Made by a program: the position numbers and the translations under genes. The notes below the pieces were generated by a model that worked only from the letters and a program-made list of their open reading frames with translations, was not told the DNA's origin and ran no database searches. 64,000 bases of DNA. It comes from the human T2T-CHM13v2.0 reference genome, Homo sapiens. Below are positions 61,083 through 64,000 of the stretch, in pieces. The stretch lies in assembly GCF_009914755.1 (NCBI RefSeq), contig NC_060937.1; one strand, 5' to 3'. Within the stretch, counting starts at the first letter, position 1; every line of letters starts with the position of its first letter.

Positions 61083-64000
61083 AGAATAAAATATATATTT
61101 CATGTACTTTCATATTTTATATACAGTATATAATACATGCTTTGGGTACTTTGATATTTTTTGTACAGTATAGAATATATACCTTGGGTACTTTGATATT
61201 TTATGTATAGTATATAATATATAGTTTGTGAACTTTGATATTTCATGTAGAGTAAGTAATATATATTTGGGGTACTTTGATATTTTATGTACAGTATATA
61301 ATGTATATTTGAAGTACTTTCGAATTTTATGTGCCTAATATAATATATATTTGATGTAATTTCATATTTTATGTACAGTATATAATGTATAGTTTGGGTA
61401 CTTTGATATTTTATGTACACTATAGAATATATATCTGGTGTACTTTAATATTTTATGTACAGAATAAAATATATATTTGATGTACTTTCATATTTTAGAT
61501 ACAGTATATAATACTTGCTTTGGGTACTTTGATATTTTTTGTGCAGTATAGAATGTATACCTTGGGTACTTTGATATTTTATGTACAGTATATAATATAT
61601 AGTTTGTGAACTTTGATATTTCATGTAGAGTATATAATATATATTTGGGGTACTTTGATATTTTATGTACACTATATAATCTATATTTGATGAACTTTCA
61701 TATTTTATGTACCTAATATAATATATATTTGATGTAATTTCATATTTTATGTACAGTATATAATGTATAGTTTGGGTATTTGATATTTTATGTACACTAT
61801 AGAATATATATCTGGTGTACTTTGATATTTTATGTACAGAATAAAATATATATTTGATGTACTTTCATATTTTATGTACAGTATATAATACATGCTTTGG
61901 GTACTTTGATATTTTTTGTACAGTATAGAATATATACCTTGGGTACTTTGATATTTTATGTACAGTATATAATATATGGTTTGTGAACTTTGATATTTCA
62001 TGTAGAGTATAAAATATATATTTGTGGTACATTGATATTATATGTACAGTATATAATCTATATTTGATGTACTTTCATATTTTATGTACCTAATATATAT
62101 TTGACGTAATTTCATATTTTATGTACAGTATATAATTTATAGTTTGTGTACTTTGCTATTTTATGTACACTATAGAATATATATCTGGTGTACCTTGATA
62201 TTTTATGTACAGAATAAAATATATATTTGATGTACTTTCATATTTTATGTACAGTATATAATACATGCTTTGGGTACTTTGATATTTTTTGTACAGTATA
62301 GAATATATACCTTGGGTACTTTGATATTTTATGTACAGTATATAATATATAGTTTGTGAACTTTGTTATTTCATGTACAGTATATAATATATATTTGGGG
62401 TACTTTGATATTTTATGTACAGTATATAATCTATATTTGATGTACTTTCATATTTTATGTACCTAATATATATTTGATGTAATTTCATATTTTATGTACA
62501 GTATATAATGTATAGTTTGGGTACTTTGATATTTTATGTACACTATAGAATATATATCTGGTGTACTTTGATATTTTATGTACAGAAGAAAATATATATT
62601 TGATGTAATTTAAAATTTTAGGTACAGTATATAATACATGCTTTTGGTACTTGTTATTTTTTGTACAGTATAGAATATATACCTCGGGTACTTTGATATT
62701 ACATGTACAGTATATAATATATAGTTTGTGAACTTTGATATTTCATGTACAGTATAAAATATATATTTGGGGTACTTTGCTATTTAATGAACAGTATATA
62801 ATCTATATTTGATGTACTTTCATATTTTAAGTACCTAATATAATATATATCTTATGTAATTTCATCTTTTATGTAGAGTATATAATGTATAGTTTGGGTA
62901 CTTTGATATTTTATGTACACTATAGAATATATATCTGGTGTACTTTGATATTTTATGTACAGAATAAAATCTATATTTGATGTACTTTCATATTTTATGT
63001 ACAGTATATAATACATGCTTTTGGTACTTTGTTATTTTTTGTATAGTATAGAATATATACCTCGGGTACTTTGATATTACATGTACAGTATATAATATAT
63101 AGTTTGTGAACTTTGATATTTCATGTACAGTATAAAATATATATTTGAGGTACTTTGGTATTTAATTTACAGTATATAATCTATATTTGATGTACTTTCA
63201 TATCTTATGTACCTAATATAATATATATTTTATGTAATTTCATATTTTATGTACAGTATATAACGTATAGTTTGGGTACTTTGATATTTTATGTACACTA
63301 TAGAATATATATCTGGTGTACTTTGATATTTTATGTACAGAATAAAATATATATTTGATGTAATTTCATATTTTATGTACAGTATATAATACATACTTTG
63401 GGTACTTTGATATTTTTTGTATAGTATAGAATATATACTTTGGGTACTTTGATATTTTATATATAGTATATAATATATGGTTTGTGAAATTTGATATTTC
63501 ATTTAGAGTATAAAATATATATTTGGGGTACATTGATATTTTATGTACAGTATATAATCTATATTTGATGTACTTTCATATTTTATGTACTTAATATATA
63601 TTTGATGTAATTTCATATTTTATGTACAGTATATAATGTATAGTTTGGGTACTTTGATATTTTATGTACACTATAAAATATATATCTGGTGTACTTTGAT
63701 ATTTCATGTACAGTATATCATATATATTTGGGGTTCCTTTATATTTTATGTATGGTATATAATCTATATTTGATGTACTTTCATATTTTACGTACCTAAT
63801 ATAATATATATTTGATATAATTCCATATTTTATGTACAGTATGTAATGTATAGTTTGGGTACTTTGATATTTTATGTACACTATAAAATATATATCTGGT
63901 GTACTTTGTTATTTTATGTACAGAATAAAATATATATTTGATGTACTTTCATATTTTATGTACAGTATATAATACATGCTTTGGGTACTTTCATATTTTT
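61063..64000 (-). repeat. HSat1A array in inverted orientation (~8 HOR units, continues beyond the window)
   Basis: From 61063 the sequence reads TACTTTGATATTTTATGTACAG..., the reverse complement of the same monomers. The typical KYQST... ORFs switch to the minus strand (61100..61420, 61747..62001, 63230..63502). Confidence 0.97.

Noticed and set aside
249-63881. More than 100 ORFs (up to 362 aa) encoding Tyr/Ile/Lys-rich 14-aa repeats
   Set aside because: The monomer is 42 bp (14 codons) and one consensus frame happens to lack stops. ORFs are broken freely by 5-, 2- and 1-bp indels and by common TAA variants that are themselves amplified, so there is no sign of coding constraint.
1-64000. 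CRISPR-like alternation of a conserved 17-bp part and a variable 25-bp part
   Set aside because: The variable parts are homologous to each other and cycle through nine fixed types rather than being unique spacers. There are no cas genes or leader.
1-64000. TATA-like boxes, (TA)n tracts and TGTACA/GTAC palindromes as promoters or terminators
   Set aside because: These are expected in any very AT-rich satellite and have no supporting context.
1-64000. Alpha satellite/CENP-B boxes, HSat1B, HSat2/3, Alu or L1 insertions
   Set aside because: I saw no 171-bp period, CATTC repeats, GC-rich Alu-like segments or any non-satellite interruption while reading through the window.

Overview
The whole 64-kb window is one AT-rich tandem satellite with no recognisable gene, RNA gene, transposon or unique sequence. 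The basic unit is a 42-bp monomer (17-bp part ACATAAAATAT[C/G]AAAGT plus a 25-bp part such as ACCCAAACTATACATTATATACTGT, separated by GTAC/RsaI sites). Nine distinct monomers form a ~378-bp higher-order repeat (HOR). This matches human/hominoid classical satellite HSat1A (RepBase SAR), known from pericentromeric and acrocentric short-arm heterochromatin; species and chromosome cannot be determined from the sequence alone. All listed ORFs are by-products of the 14-codon monomer period. The informative structure is architectural: 378/373-bp HOR length classes; recent tandem duplications of 370, 375, 1875 and 2168 bp; a homogenised domain with a nested 3385-bp (1502+1883) super-HOR carrying a CpG cluster; a diverged island at ~55.4-57.3 kb; and a blunt strand-inversion junction at 61062|61063. 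One speculative functional lead is that one strand carries 5-6 perfect Pumilio elements (TGTAHATA) per HOR. All alignments and offsets were worked out by eye from marker variants and the ORF track, so block boundaries are approximate.
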